Positions 27,591 through 42,505 are shown, counted from the first letter of the stretch. The stretch is 64,000 nucleotides of DNA from Eledone cirrhosa (GCA_964016885.1 OZ024759.1:31806001-31870000), one strand, 5' to 3'. The notes: generated by a model not told the origin, from the letters alone. Program-made: numbers and translations.

Positions 27591-28028
27591 ATGAAAGATG
27601 GAACATCGTACTAAAACATCAATCCACGAATAACTGCCTAAATACAAGAACAGAGTTCTTCAACTGTTGCCCATACATATTCAAATTTATACTTAAAAAC
27701 TGGAAAAACCTAGGTTTAAAATAGCTGAAACACAAAACGCAAACAACACACACACCCTTACGCACACTGCACCCCCTCCCTGTGAATAATTAACATCTAT
27801 AAACTCTCCAATTAACATCGAAAAAGCCACACAAGGTGCTTCTCGCTCTCCACCATATCCTCATCGGCTCTAATCCTTGTGGATTCTTAACTAATGTCAT
27901 AATGTCATGCTTATATTTTGTTTTAAGCTTATCTCCCTTCTCTCATTTCACCCCTTCTACAATCCTAACCCTTTAATAACAATCCTAACCCTTTAATAAT
28001 CATTGCCCCTTTCTTTCGAACTATTTGG

Positions 28029-28084
28029 CCGAACTGATGAGCTGGGAAACCCTTAGACCTTCCTAATGAAACATGCGTTTTCGG
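28029..28084 (+). ncRNA. Type I hammerhead ribozyme motif (GUU triplet)
   Basis: CCGAA-CTGATGA-[TGGGAA/TTCCTA stem II]-GAAAC-ATGC-GTT-TTCGG. Confidence 0.7.
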
Positions 28085-28339
28085 ATAATGTATTGTTGAT
28101 GTATTAAAATATTTTATGATCGCTTTTGACGAGCCAACAGTTGCTGTTTTAACTTGTTACATGCAATTCACGAGGTGAAACTTTAAGTAGGCATGCGTTG
28201 TCATATTTTACAAATATACTCTACCGCCATTTTGAATATTATTGCTTCCTGTCTGGAAAGGAAGTAGATTGTGATTACCTTCCATTAGTGAATCTTCTAT
28301 TATGTCAATTTAACTTAATTTCGCGAGTTTAATCAAATT

Positions 28340-28590
28340 GAAGGTGTGTGGCTGAGTGGTTAGAGAATTGGATCACAATCTTGAGGTTGTGAATTCGATT
28401 CCTGGACCGGGCGATGCGTTATGTCCTTGAGCAAGACACTTTATTTCACGTTGCTCCTTCTACTGAGCAAGACACTTTATTTCACGTTGTTCCTTCTACT
28501 TGGAGTTGCGATCGACAGATAGTATTAACAACTGGAAAGACCGACGAAAACATTGTTTCCTCGGTCCGATTTGACGAAAGTCGATCGATC
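28340..28590 (+). mobile_element. tRNA/CORE-like SINE with internal 36-bp duplication
   Basis: A/B boxes; TGAGCAAGACACTTTATTTCACGTTG twice. Confidence 0.8.
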
Positions 28591-28819
28591 CTTCTCTTCT
28601 AATCAAATAATTCCGAGGTCAATTTTTCCTTTCATCGTTTCAAGGTCAATAAATAAAGAACTAACCCAGTGGTGGGTGGGGTGAATTGACGGAATTGGTA
28701 AGTGTCGGACGACATGACACAAAATGCATCAAATCATGGCTCCTGTCAGAGTAAAAACTGTGACACTTGTGTCAGGTGTTGCGATTGTCTGATAATATCA
28801 GCAATTGTTACAATTGTAG

Positions 28820-29645
28820 TGGCATGGCTTAGTGGTTAGGGTGTTCAACTCACTATCGTAAGATATCCTTGAGCAAAGACACTTATTTCATGTTGCTCCA
28901 GTCCTCTCAGCTGAAAAAAAAAAAAATGTAATTCAAAGGACCAGCTTTATTACGCCTACGTCACGCTGAATCTCCCTGAGAACTACGTTAAGGGTACACG
29001 TGCCTGTGGCATGCTCTATCACTACTTCATGTTAATTTCACGTGTAGCATGTACCAGTGATCAAACAATTGGGATACTGACCGTCGCACCGTTGGAGATC
29101 CACACACACATATCTGTAATTGAAAAAAACCCCCAAAACAGCCTTGTCTGTCACTCAATGTGTCATACGGAATCTCTCTCAGAATAAAGTTACAGGTACA
29201 CGTGTTAGTGGAATGCGTAGCCACAACTTTAATATCAATTGTTCCATTGATCAAACAACTGCAGCGCTCCTCGTCATGAACGGCGGAATCCCAGAATAAC
29301 GTTACAGGTACACGTGTTAGTGGAATGCGCATTTACAACTTTAATATCAATTGTTTCATTGATCAGACAACTGCAGCGCTCCTCGTCGTGAACGCGGAAC
29401 CCCAAATAACGTTACAGGTACACGTGTTAGTGGAATGCGCAACCATGCTTTCTAGCATAGTTACGTCCCTTTACGGTCTGAGTTCAAATCCCGTCGAGGT
29501 TAACTTTGCCTTTCATCCTTACGGAGGTCGGTAAAATAAAGTACCAGTAATGTACTGGATAATTGCTGGCCTTGTGCAAAAGTGGAAACAATTATTCCAT
29601 TGATGAAACAACTGCAGCGCTCCTCGTTGTGAACGACGGAACCCC
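28820..29645 (+). mobile_element. CORE-like SINE with Nin/Deu-like 3' region, tandem ~112-bp duplications and a nested Meta-like SINE piece
   Basis: GTTACAGGTACACGTGTTAGTGGAATGCG x3; nested SINE ~29440-29595; domain name from recall only. Confidence 0.55.
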
Positions 29646-29898
29646 ATCCATCCCTCCGTCTCAACAGCAGTGTGTACCAAGCAACAAGCAACCGGTCTGT
29701 ATTTTCAGTTTAAGCTAGGAGAGAAAGTGCAGCGAGCTGTTTAGTTCAATAAGAAAGTAGCCGGTATTTTTATATCTCAGGAAACTCAGCATGTAATTTA
29801 TATAATTAATGAATTTTGACTAATTAATAGTCTAATCTTGTTATTGTTTTTATTTGGTTAGGTTACAATTATAGATACGTGTGTGGGTGTGTGTGTGG

Positions 29899-29929
<31 letters not shown>

Positions 29930-29936
29930 GACGTCT

Positions 29937-29971
<35 letters not shown>

Positions 29972-30118
29972 AATACACACACACACATATATATATGTAT
30001 ATAAATATGTATAGATATATCTCTCTATATATAGATATATATGTATATAAATATATAGATATATATGTATATAAATATATGTATATATATGTATATAAAT
30101 ATATAGATATATATGTAT

Positions 30119-30157
<39 letters not shown>

Positions 30158-30191
30158 TATCTATATATTTATATACATATATATACAGATT

Positions 30192-30251
30192 TTTCATTCT
30201 GAGGATTGAAAGCAAAACCTTTTGCTTTAAGAAACCACTGGTAAAATGGAA
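30192..30251 (+). ncRNA. Type I hammerhead ribozyme motif (GUA)
   Basis: TTCATT-CTGAGGA-TTG AAAGCAAAA CC TTTTGCTTT AA-GAAA CCACTGG TA-AAATGGAA; stem I has a 1-nt bulge. Confidence 0.78.
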
Positions 30252-30527
30252 TAATTGCCTTATGTTGTTTATTACATAATAATAATAATTAAGCTCTGTT
30301 GCTTACATAGAGCACTCTTTTTTCCTGGACTTTTCCGATGGAATTACTTCATAAATATATATATAGATAAATATATATATAGATATATATGTATATATAG
30401 ATATATATGTATATAAATATATATAGATGTATATGTCTATATATATGTCTATATATATGTATATAAAGATATATATGTATATAAATATATATAGATGTAT
30501 ATGTCTATATATATGTCTATATATATG

Positions 30528-30559
<32 letters not shown>

Positions 30560-30717
30560 TATCGTAACTTCACTCTTTTTTGATGAAGGATTAATGACCA
30601 ATACGTTGAGTCATCCCTCTGTCTTTTCCAACAAGCGTGAAACTAATAAGATGTTGTGTAATTGTATCCCGATGTTTGCTCTTCTTACACATATATATAT
30701 ATATTTAACATAGAACT

Positions 30718-30768
30718 GGCTTCTACAGGACTAGAACTGTTTCATTCGGGAGAAATCATCAGGAAGCC
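30718..30768 (-). ncRNA. Type I hammerhead ribozyme motif (GUA), family A
   Basis: GGCTTC-CTGATGA-T TTC TCCC GAA T-GAAACAG-TTCTAGTC-CTGTA-GAAGCC. Confidence 0.85.
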
Positions 30769-30870
30769 GACTGTCCAAGTAATTTGGTGGTATTATACCT
30801 TTTCTGGTGGTAGGAGAGGGTGGTGATTGGGATGGGTTGTATAAATACCACCCATATTACTTGGACAGTC

Positions 30871-30921
30871 GGCTTCCTGATGATTTTTCCCGAATGAAAC
30901 AGTTCTAGTCCTGTAGAAGCC
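30871..30921 (+). ncRNA. Type I hammerhead ribozyme motif (GUA), family A
   Basis: Same fold; 6-bp stem I, 4-bp stem III, predicted cleavage after 30915. Confidence 0.85.
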
Positions 30922-31020
30922 ATTTCTATATTAAATATTTATACTCTACTTTGTATTGAGTACCTTACTTACTGTGGTTACTCCGATTGAACCCGGCATA
31001 AACTTATATATATATATATA

Positions 31021-31305
31021 TAAATCAGGAAAGAAGAGTGACACGTTTGCTATACAAAAAAGGTTTTTAATCTCATTGCTGACAATTGTTTCTCTGAACT
31101 GGTAGGTCTAGAGATCGCTATCCGCTTATTTCGCGTTATTCGATCATCAATACATAGTTATAACCAGTCAATTCATCGGAGCTTGTGAGAATGACGTGAA
31201 AACAAGGCGATCTCTAGACCTACCAGTTCAGAGAAACAATTGTCAGCAATGAGATTAAAAACCTTTTTTGTATAGCAAACCGTGTCACTCTTCTTTCCTG
31301 ATTTA
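31021..31305. mobile_element. PLE-like fold-back element, family C (~98-bp arms with HHR 3' halves)
   Basis: Arms 31021-31118 / 31207-31305; GAAAC-AATT-GTC in both; CUGANGA absent. Confidence 0.65.
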
Positions 31306-31521
31306 TCATTACTTCAAGTGTTTACAACATAGGAATTACAGCGTACTCGCAGCATCACTATGGGAACGCCTTGTTGAGTCAAACTTAGCCAAGCGTTGAT
31401 ATCATCCACTACCCAGAGTACCATAACTGGACTACACTTAAGTGGACTACCTATAACACTAATTTGTTACCCCGTATATATATATATTACTTCAAAATAT
31501 AGACATTCATGTGATCAAATA

Positions 31522-31573
31522 TATTTTATTATACATATTTCAGAGATACTGAGCTATTTCATCAGATAAAATA
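31522..31573 (-). ncRNA. Type I hammerhead ribozyme motif (AUA)
   Basis: TATTTTAT-CTGATGA-...-GAAATATGTATA-ATAAAATA; 8-bp stem I, weak stem II. Confidence 0.6.
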
Positions 31574-31698
31574 AGTTGATGCTTGACATACCTTGACTAT
31601 GTTGATGGTTATAATTTAGTCAAACTGTAGAGTGCTTATAATCTATTGTGAAACTATATTCATTGATGAATTCATTGAACCTTGTTAAACTTTTAATC

Positions 31699-31734
<36 letters not shown>

Positions 31735-31898
31735 TAGATAATATTAAGGATACTATTTATGGTTATGTATATACTAAAACTTTTTAGAGTTATATATATT
31801 TTAAACCCTAAACAGTGAAGACTCCAAGCCTAGGTTTGGATGAAACAATTGTAAGTGAATAAATGCTTTGAACATAGCTTTGATTCTTGTGAATTCTC

Positions 31899-32021
<123 letters not shown>

Positions 32022-32569
32022 ACGACAAACAATAAATGTACTCACTTAAAGAAAGTTTCTTATACTACGGCCATTTCATGGAATCCAGACCAAGGTGTAT
32101 ATAATCGATTTTAATGATTGGTATCAATCACCAATTATCGACTTTAGTAACAAACATCGTCAAGACTGTGGAATTCCAAACTTTATTGTACATCGTTTAA
32201 ATTTGTATAATTGATGCTCTGAGTTTAATGTTCGTTGAGCTTTCATTGATGAATTGATGAGTAATATAATCAATATGTATTTTAGATGTATATATTACAC
32301 CTAATTGTAGACCTGGAGAAGAGACAGTCTCTGCCAGGTTTTAAGAAATGCCCTTGTAACGCCGTATGTCAATAAGGGGTCACTACAACTCCCTTAGAAG
32401 TTACATGACCATACATACATAAACCTAATTATAGTATATATATATAGTATTATAGTATCAGTAATGCACTGGGTAATTGCTGGCCTTGTGCCAAATGTAG
32501 AAACAATTATAGTATATATATATATAGACATCGTATATAGTATATATATATATATAGAGCGAGTATATA

Positions 32570-32616
<47 letters not shown>

Positions 32617-32671
32617 AATGTCTTTCCACCGCTCCCACCTCACACCCTTTCGGAACTCTTTTCCTTCCCAC

Positions 32672-32710
32672 TTGTTTTCTGATGAAGGGCTTATGCCCGA
32701 AACGTCGTCC
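32672..32710 (+). ncRNA. Minimal variant hammerhead motif (PLE type)
   Basis: CTGATGA-A-GGGC TTAT GCCC-GAAACGTC; stem I not evident. Confidence 0.6.
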
Positions 32711-32796
32711 CCCACCCCCAACTCTCAAGTGTGAACCTAATACCAACACTGTTCGTAACTGCACTCCTTGTTTTTGTTTTGTTCATTGCCTATATA

Positions 32797-32976
<180 letters not shown>

Positions 32977-33018
32977 AGAGTAGTTAAGAGGGGATTATTT
33001 CACCATAATTTCTTTATT

Positions 33019-33070
33019 GCATGATATACATTTCTGTTACATTGGTTATGCATGTGACTTCATCAGATGC
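33019..33070 (-). ncRNA. Type I hammerhead ribozyme motif (AUC)
   Basis: GCAT-CTGATGA-A GTCACAT..ATGTAAC A-GAAATGTATATC-ATGC followed by AATAAA. Confidence 0.65.
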
Positions 33071-33154
33071 TTATGCAATCATAGGCGTAGTAATGCAATC
33101 ATTGGATATGTCGCCGGTCAGTCATGTTTTACCATCCTACTGGATGCCAGCAGA

Positions 33155-33198
<44 letters not shown>

Positions 33199-33564
33199 TA
33201 TATATATATATATATAAATAAATATATATATAGTATATGTGTCTGAGTGAATACTACGGAATGCGAGCCGTTTCATTCCAAATAAGATTTACTCAACATT
33301 TGAAGAAGTCTTTTGGAACGAAACCAGTTGCATTCTGCGGTATTCCTTTATATAAAATACTTTTCTCTCATCTCTACATGATTTGCGTAAATTATTACAT
33401 ATATTTGGCCTACATAGTTCTTACCTACTTACGTATGAACACTTTCAACTAAATTATACTAGTGTATACATATATACCATTTAAGTTATTTTGATTAACA
33501 ATAGGTAGAACTGACGGTTCTGGTAGGCAAATCATGATGTAACGAATCAATCAAAGCGCTCAAC

Positions 33565-33624
<60 letters not shown>

Positions 33625-33691
33625 TACAAATTATGTATGCATACAAATTTATCATACACATCTATGCATACAAATTTATATATATATATAT

Positions 33692-33869
33692 TTATTTAAT
33701 ATAGAAAGGCTTCTACAGGACTAGAACTGTTTCATTCGGGAGAAATCACCAGGAAGCTCCCGAATGAAACAGTTCTAGTCCTGTAGAAGCCTTTCTATAT
33801 TAAATATTTATATTCTGCTTTGTATTGAGTACCTTACTTACTGTGGTTACCCCCGATTGAACCCGGGAT

Positions 33870-33872
<3 letters not shown>
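33692..33872 (+). mobile_element. PLE-like fold-back element, family A
   Basis: Inverted arms; minus-strand HHR ~33708-33756 has CTGGTGA core substitution. Confidence 0.72.
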
Positions 33873-33948
<76 letters not shown>

Positions 33949-34289
33949 ATATTAAGGATACTATTTATAGTTATGTATATAGTTATAACTATAAACAACT
34001 ATAGTTATGTATATAGTTATAACTATAAACAACTATAAACATGTATATAGTTATAACTATAAACAACCCTAACAGTGAAGGTCAGTAATGTATTACTACC
34101 TTATTACCAGTAAGATAAATAGCTCAATGTAATAACATTAGTTGTTCTACAGAGCAGTATTATAGAATAACAAGAATCAAAGTTATGTTAGAACATTTAA
34201 TTGCTGACAATTGTTTCTTCCAAGCCTAGGCTTGGTAGAAATAGCTTTGATTCTTGTGCTTTGATTCTTGTGTATTCTATATATATATA

Positions 34290-34500
34290 AAAGAAAATGA
34301 GTTTTTTTTTAAATGAGTGAAAGTATAAGGAAAAGAAATCGAAAATGTAACTGGAGTGTTTTTAAGAATATTTATTTGTTACTTTTACCGGTTTCACAGT
34401 TTTTATGCTTTTCCAAAAAGTAAAAAATCCAGAAACCCTCCATTTTAATTCTACTTTTGAAAAGCATAAGCACTGTGAAACTGGTAAAGGAAACAAATCC
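34290..34500. mobile_element. PLE-like fold-back remnant homologous to 5470-5680
   Basis: Inverted GAAAC(C/T)GGTAAA motifs at ~34384-34396 (-) and ~34477-34490 (+). Confidence 0.5.
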
Positions 34501-34710
34501 TTATATATATATATATATATATATATACTGGTACCAGAAAGTACCATTTGCCAGTCCGGGTGGCCTATATATATATATATATATATATATAGGCCACCCG
34601 GACTGGCAACTGGTACTTTTTGGTGGCTGCCTTCTCGTCTTGAGCATCTCTCTCTGCTTTTCAGCCCCTTGGATTGTGTCTAGTATATTCCTTTGTTGGA
34701 TAAATTTTGG

Positions 34711-34770
34711 AAAACCTGATGATGTCACCGGATTCATACTGAACCCGGTCATTGAAATGTTCATAGTATA
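34711..34770 (+). ncRNA. Decayed type I hammerhead motif with long stem II
   Basis: CTGATGA..ACCGG ATTCA TAC TGAAC CCGGT..GAAATGTTCATA; consistent with CpG decay of GAAACGTTCGTA. Confidence 0.55.
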
Positions 34771-34807
34771 ATAAACCTTTAAGGAATTACACCAGTCCAG
34801 CCTCCTG

Positions 34808-34844
<37 letters not shown>

Positions 34845-34846
<2 letters not shown>

Positions 34847-35024
34847 AATGGAAGTACAGCATAATCGAAGCTCTAGCTGCAGCTAAGTTAACGAATGTAA
34901 TCGGGGTGTGCAACTAAAGCACTCAATAAGGTATTTTACCTTAGAGTTATAACATTACGTTGAGACAGCTTTGCAAATTGAAGACAGCGACTGGTAAGCC
35001 AGCCGCAGGCCAAAGCAACGAGAA

Positions 35025-35030
<6 letters not shown>
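34845..35030 (+). repeat. Unclassified ~190-bp interspersed repeat between microsatellites
   Basis: Reverse-complement copy at ~45550-45740. Confidence 0.65.
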
Positions 35031-35079
<49 letters not shown>

Positions 35080-35083
<4 letters not shown>

Positions 35084-35270
35084 AACGAGTAGGACCCCGA
35101 CGGCTCAGCTCAAGCCGTTTCGACGGCTAAGTCCAGAATTAGCCCGTCGAAACGGCTTGAGCTCAGCCGTTGGGGTCCTACTCGTTTCTATTACCCACTC
35201 TACTACCCCAAGTATTGAGTACTTTGGTGCGTTATGGTCCACCTGGTTCCTTACCACATTTCCTTCGTTA
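35080..35270 (+). mobile_element. PLE-like fold-back element, family B (HHR 3' halves)
   Basis: GAAACGGCTTGAGCTCAGCCGT(C/T)GGGG in both arms; copies at 45763, 51421, 38868. Confidence 0.7.
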
Positions 35271-35448
35271 TATATATATATATAATATATATATATAGAC
35301 AGACACATATATTTTCGTTATTGAATTCACGGCTGTGATTGGGTTTCATCTTATACGTTAACGATTTTCAATATCTTTTTATTAGTCATTTATATTTATT
35401 CGGAATGAAACTATCACGTTCCAATGTCCATTAACGTCTCTTTACCTA

Positions 35449-35503
<55 letters not shown>

Positions 35504-35526
35504 ACACGCAAACACAAACATATATA

Positions 35527-35560
<34 letters not shown>

Positions 35561-35598
35561 GGTAGGGTACAAACGAAAGAGCAATCAACGCAATATAT

Positions 35599-35659
<61 letters not shown>

Positions 35660-35694
35660 TATAATATATATAAATACATATATATTGTTTATAT

Positions 35695-35733
<39 letters not shown>

Positions 35734-35746
35734 CATATATATTGTT

Positions 35747-35794
<48 letters not shown>

Positions 35795-35833
35795 TAAATA
35801 CATATATATTGTTTATATTATATTATATATATA

Positions 35834-35875
<42 letters not shown>

Positions 35876-35891
35876 TATATATATATATATA

Positions 35892-35929
<38 letters not shown>

Positions 35930-35995
35930 TATATATATATATATATAGACATATATATATATATAGACATATATATATATATATATATACATATA

Positions 35996-36036
<41 letters not shown>

Positions 36037-36483
36037 GACAGTAAGAGAGAAAAGATAGAATCTTTTAATTTAGATCGTTAATAGGAAAAAAGTATGAGTA
36101 AAAAGTTGAGAAAGAGAGTGAGAGAGAGAGAGAGAGAGAGAGGTAAGATCATGAGAGAGAGGAGGTGGTGTGCGGGTGAAGGAGAGAGAGTAAGAATGTA
36201 GGGAAGGAGAAAGAAGAGAGAAATAAGGTATTAAAGATAGAAAGAAAGAAGGAAGGAAGTAAAGAACTGAAAGTTTAATAGAAGGTATAAATGATGGTGA
36301 TGGTGGTGATGATGATGGTTGTGGTAGTGATGATGATGATGATGGTGGTGTTGGTGGTGGGCCTCAGCCGGGAAAGAGGGTGGTGGTGGCGGTGGCCGTG
36401 GGGTGGGGAGAACGCTATAAAAGATTTTTGAGGAGAGAGATAGCATTATCAAAATATCAAATATTGTACATGTTGAACATAAT

Positions 36484-36518
<35 letters not shown>

Positions 36519-36618
36519 CACACACATACACACACACATATATATATATATATACACACATACATATACATATACACACACATATATCTGTATATACACA
36601 CATATATATACACACATA

Positions 36619-36754
<136 letters not shown>

Positions 36755-37408
36755 TTACACATACATTCATGCACATATATAAGTACTTACACATTCAGAC
36801 ACACACACACTTACACATACATTCATGCACATATATAAGTACTTACACATCCAGACACACACACACATATATATATAAATATATATACATATACACATAT
36901 ACAGGTACATACATGCATCCATGCACATATACAAGTACTTACACACACACACACACATATATATACACACACAAACACACACACACACTATATATACACA
37001 CACAAACACACGCATATTATATATATATATATACACACACACACCTTACCTGTACACATACAAGAAGACGAATTCCCAATACTTAAAGATATAATCTGAT
37101 TATATATAGAAATAATGTAATATATGGTATACTGGTTGTTATGTACACTCACACACATGTATATATGTTGTATATGTATGTATGTATATATATATATATA
37201 TATGTATATATCTGTATATATATATGTATATATCTGTATATATCTGTATCGTTTTTTGAAATATCCAGTTCTGCGTTTTACAGATTGACTTTTGTTAGTT
37301 TCAGAAGATCCCGTTAAGGGTGAAAGCAGCGATTCTTTGCTTAAACTTTAATCTGTTATTTAATAAATATATATATATAGTGTATATATCTGTATATATA
37401 TATACCTG

Positions 37409-37444
<36 letters not shown>

Positions 37445-37566
37445 TATATATATATATATATACCTGTATATATATATATATTATATTATATATATATATG
37501 CCACATATATATACATGTATATATATATATGCGCACACATATATATATATTATTACGTATATATAT

Positions 37567-37631
<65 letters not shown>

Positions 37632-38606
37632 TATATATGCACACAAACAGACATATATATATACACACACACACACATATATACACACACACACATATAG
37701 ACACACACACACACATATATTTATATATATACATATACATATATATATTACACAGTCGTTTGTGCATATACATACATAGGCTTCCAGACGTAATTCTAAT
37801 GTGTTGGAAGTCGGTTCTTTTGTGGCATTTTAAAACAAGGCAAGAATTTGGTGAGAGTTGCTCATAAGACTCTAACTTGGCTGTTTGTGTCTATATATAC
37901 ATATATACACACATATATTATATAATATACACACATATATATACACATATATATTACCACATATATATATACATACATATACACATAAATATACATATAT
38001 ACACACATATATATACATACATATATATACACATATATACATACATACATATATACATATATATATACACATATATATACATACATATATACATATATAT
38101 ATACACACATATATATACATATATATATATATACATACATATATATACATATATACACACATATATACATACATATATACATACATATATACATATATAT
38201 ATACACATATATATACATAAATATATACATACATATATACATACATATACATATATAAATACATATACATATATATATATATACACATAAATATGAATAT
38301 ATATATATATACACACACACAAACATATTTACACATAGAAATTCATATACACACACATATATATAGACATATATACAAACAGTACACATGCACACACATA
38401 TATACTTAACTATACACACACACACACACATATATATATATAAATACATACATAGATGTGAATATATATATATATATAGAAACAAACATATTCACACATA
38501 CAAATACATACACACAAACACACATATATATATATATATATGTATAAACATATATACAAACAGTACACATGCCCACACATATATACTTAACTATACATAC
38601 ATAAAT

Positions 38607-38641
<35 letters not shown>

Positions 38642-38819
38642 AATATATACATAAATATGAATATATATATATATATAGACACAAACATATTCACACATAC
38701 AAATATACATACACACACACACACACATATATATATATAAACATATATACAAACAGTACACATGCACACGCATATGTGCATACATATACATATATAAATA
38801 CATACACACACACACACAC

Positions 38820-38870
<51 letters not shown>

Positions 38871-39085
38871 AAAATGTTTGACCCCGACGGCAGTGCTCAA
38901 GCCGTTTCGACGGCTATTTCTGGACTGAAATAGCCGAGGTTAACTTTGCCTTTCATCCTTACGGGGTCGATAAAATAAAATACCAGTAATACACTGGGAT
39001 ATTGCTGGCCTTGTGCCAAAATGTAGAAACAATTATTATTAAGGTCATTTGCGTTGGGAGTGACACATTGCTCCTCTCTCGCCCC

Positions 39086-39166
<81 letters not shown>

Positions 39167-39175
39167 ACACACTCA

Positions 39176-39214
<39 letters not shown>

Positions 39215-39289
39215 ACACACACACATTGTAGCAGTCTAATCAATACCCGGTGTTTTTTTTCTTTTTTCATGCAATGTTCCCTTTATGTC

Positions 39290-39440
39290 GTGTAACCTGG
39301 CAGTTCGACAATCGAGATTGATAAAATAAAGAAGAACCACACACAGTGAAAAGTAATTACTGGACTCGATGTGGTTAGACTAACGAAAAGCTTCAAGTCC
39401 GTGCTCCAGCAAGGCCGCAGTTTGAAGCCGGTAAAAGAAT
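39290..39440 (+). mobile_element. Diverged SINE 3' part (CCAGCATGGCCGCAG family)
   Basis: Related minus copy ~54160-54340. Confidence 0.5.
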
Positions 39441-39539
39441 GTGTTTGTGCACGTATCGTAGTTTTAGACAGATAAACCGGCATAGTGTCCTGTGAAGATT
39501 TCCAGAGAGAAGGCGTGTGTCTCACACACACACACACAC

Positions 39540-39598
<59 letters not shown>

Positions 39599-39744
39599 TA
39601 CATACATACACATGCTCAGACACACGCTCAAATGCACACACACACACACACACACGCTCAGACACACACGCTCACCTGCACACACACATACACACATGCT
39701 CAGACACACGCTCACATGCACACATACACACTTGCACACACACA

Positions 39745-39810
<66 letters not shown>

Positions 39811-40205
39811 TACATACACATGCTCAGACACACGCTCAAATGCACACACACACACACACGCTCAGACACACACGCTCACCTGCACACACACATACACACA
39901 TGCTCAGACACACGCTCACATGCACACATACACACTTACACACACACACACACATACATACACATACATGCTCAGACACACGCTCACATGCATACATACA
40001 CACACACACACACACACACAAACACAGACACATACCAACGCACAAGTAGACTTACACATTCATACGCATATATACACATGCTCGCGCACATATTTACAAC
40101 ATGACACATACATACATACACACACGCACACACATACGCCGATACACACCCTCATGCACACATGTTCACATACATACCCACATTTACACACACACACACA
40201 CGCAC

Positions 40206-40237
<32 letters not shown>

Positions 40238-40440
40238 GTACATACTCACACATGCCCGCACACATAAGTACACAGATACATACCTGGGTACGCAAAGAGA
40301 CATAGATGCAGACACACACACACACACACACACGGGTATATTATACACACACAAACGTACACACACATATATACACGACTTCACAAACACACAGACACAG
40401 CGGCGAACCTTGGAAAAGGCGAAGAAAAACCACTGGCCTT

Positions 40441-40471
<31 letters not shown>

Positions 40472-40694
40472 TACACACACAGACACTCACATACAAACAC
40501 ACACACACAGACACACACGCGCACACATACACACAGTCACACACACACATACACATACACAGAAGTAGATGAGGGTGGAGGATAAATTGAACATGTAATG
40601 ATAACCACGCTACTATCTCACCCTCTCTACCTCTCTCTACCTATCTCTCTCTCTCTCTCTCTCTACCCCTCTACCTCTACCCCTCTCTCTACCC

Positions 40695-40736
<42 letters not shown>

Positions 40737-41020
40737 GCCGGTGTGTAGTGTACTTTTGTGAAAAATGTTGTCAATATTGATTATACACATACACACACAC
40801 ACACACACACGCATGCATACACACACACATACACACGCATACACATGCATATATACACACACACACACCCACCCATGCATACACACACACATATTAATAC
40901 ATATATACATACATAGACATGCGCGCACTCACATATATATGTACAAATAACCATGCACTTCTTAATTGGTGAATATATAAATATATATATATACATATAT
41001 ACATATATATATATTTATAT

Positions 41021-41107
<87 letters not shown>

Positions 41108-41835
41108 CATATATACATATATATAATGTACATAAATACCCGAGCATGGCCATAACTCGTGAATTTGGACAGGTAAGAGTATAAGTATACACACATATAT
41201 ATACGCACACACACACACTTATATATATGTATATATAAACACACACACATATATACATATGCACACACACACACACATATATATATATGTGCACATATAA
41301 AATAAATAAATATATACGCACACACACACACTTATATATATGTACACACACACACACACATATATACATATGCACACACACACATATATATATATATATG
41401 TGCACATATAAAATAAATAAATATATACGCACACACACACACTTATATATATGTATATACACACACATATACATATGCACACACACACACATATATATAT
41501 ATATGTGCACATATAAAATGAATAAATATATACGCACACACACACACATATATATATATTTATGTGCACATATAAAATGAATAAATATATACGCACACGC
41601 ATCATGACGCGCATACATGTATCATGTGTAAAACATTTGTAAATGTATGCTTACAACGTACACACACATACATATACACACACATACACGCATACAGATA
41701 ATATATATTTAATTTCACATAGATAATACTCCGCCACATACACATACACACACACATATATATACACACACATACACGCATACAGATAATATATATTTAA
41801 TTACACATAGATAATACTCCCCCACATACACACAC

Positions 41836-41927
<92 letters not shown>

Positions 41928-42215
41928 CCGAATGAAAACTAGTCGCAAACAAAATCTATGACGATCAATAAAGATAATGAAACATTGGTTTTAAAAAATA
42001 ATTTTTTCCAGAAAATAAAAAGATTATTTTTTTACATTTTCAAAAATTCCTTTTTACACATTTTCATCTTATTTCAATACTTTTCTGATATTATTTGCAT
42101 ATTTTTTTGTTTGTTAGTTCTTTACATATTTTCTTTTCCGCTTTATACATTAAAGAACAAAGAAAAAAGAAGAAAAAAAGGAAAAAGGAAGAATATATAT
42201 ATATATATTGAAAAA

Positions 42216-42253
<38 letters not shown>

Positions 42254-42273
42254 CATGTATGTATATATATATG

Positions 42274-42339
<66 letters not shown>

Positions 42340-42473
42340 GCAAAAAAAAGAACTCACTAAAAAAAAGACACTTAAAACCCGAAACATAAATAATTAATAA
42401 AGAAAATATGTAGAAATAAAGAAACACTGGTAGAGAGATAGAAGGTAATAAATATATATATATATATATATAA

Positions 42474-42505
<32 letters not shown>

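Larger units (their letters stand above)
30700..31005 (+). mobile_element. PLE-like fold-back element, family A, with two divergent HHRs
   Basis: ~95-bp inverted arms, (TA)n flanks. Confidence 0.75.

Noticed and set aside
27955-28000. CCTAACCC telomere-like motif
   Set aside because: Only two copies inside a 20-bp local duplication
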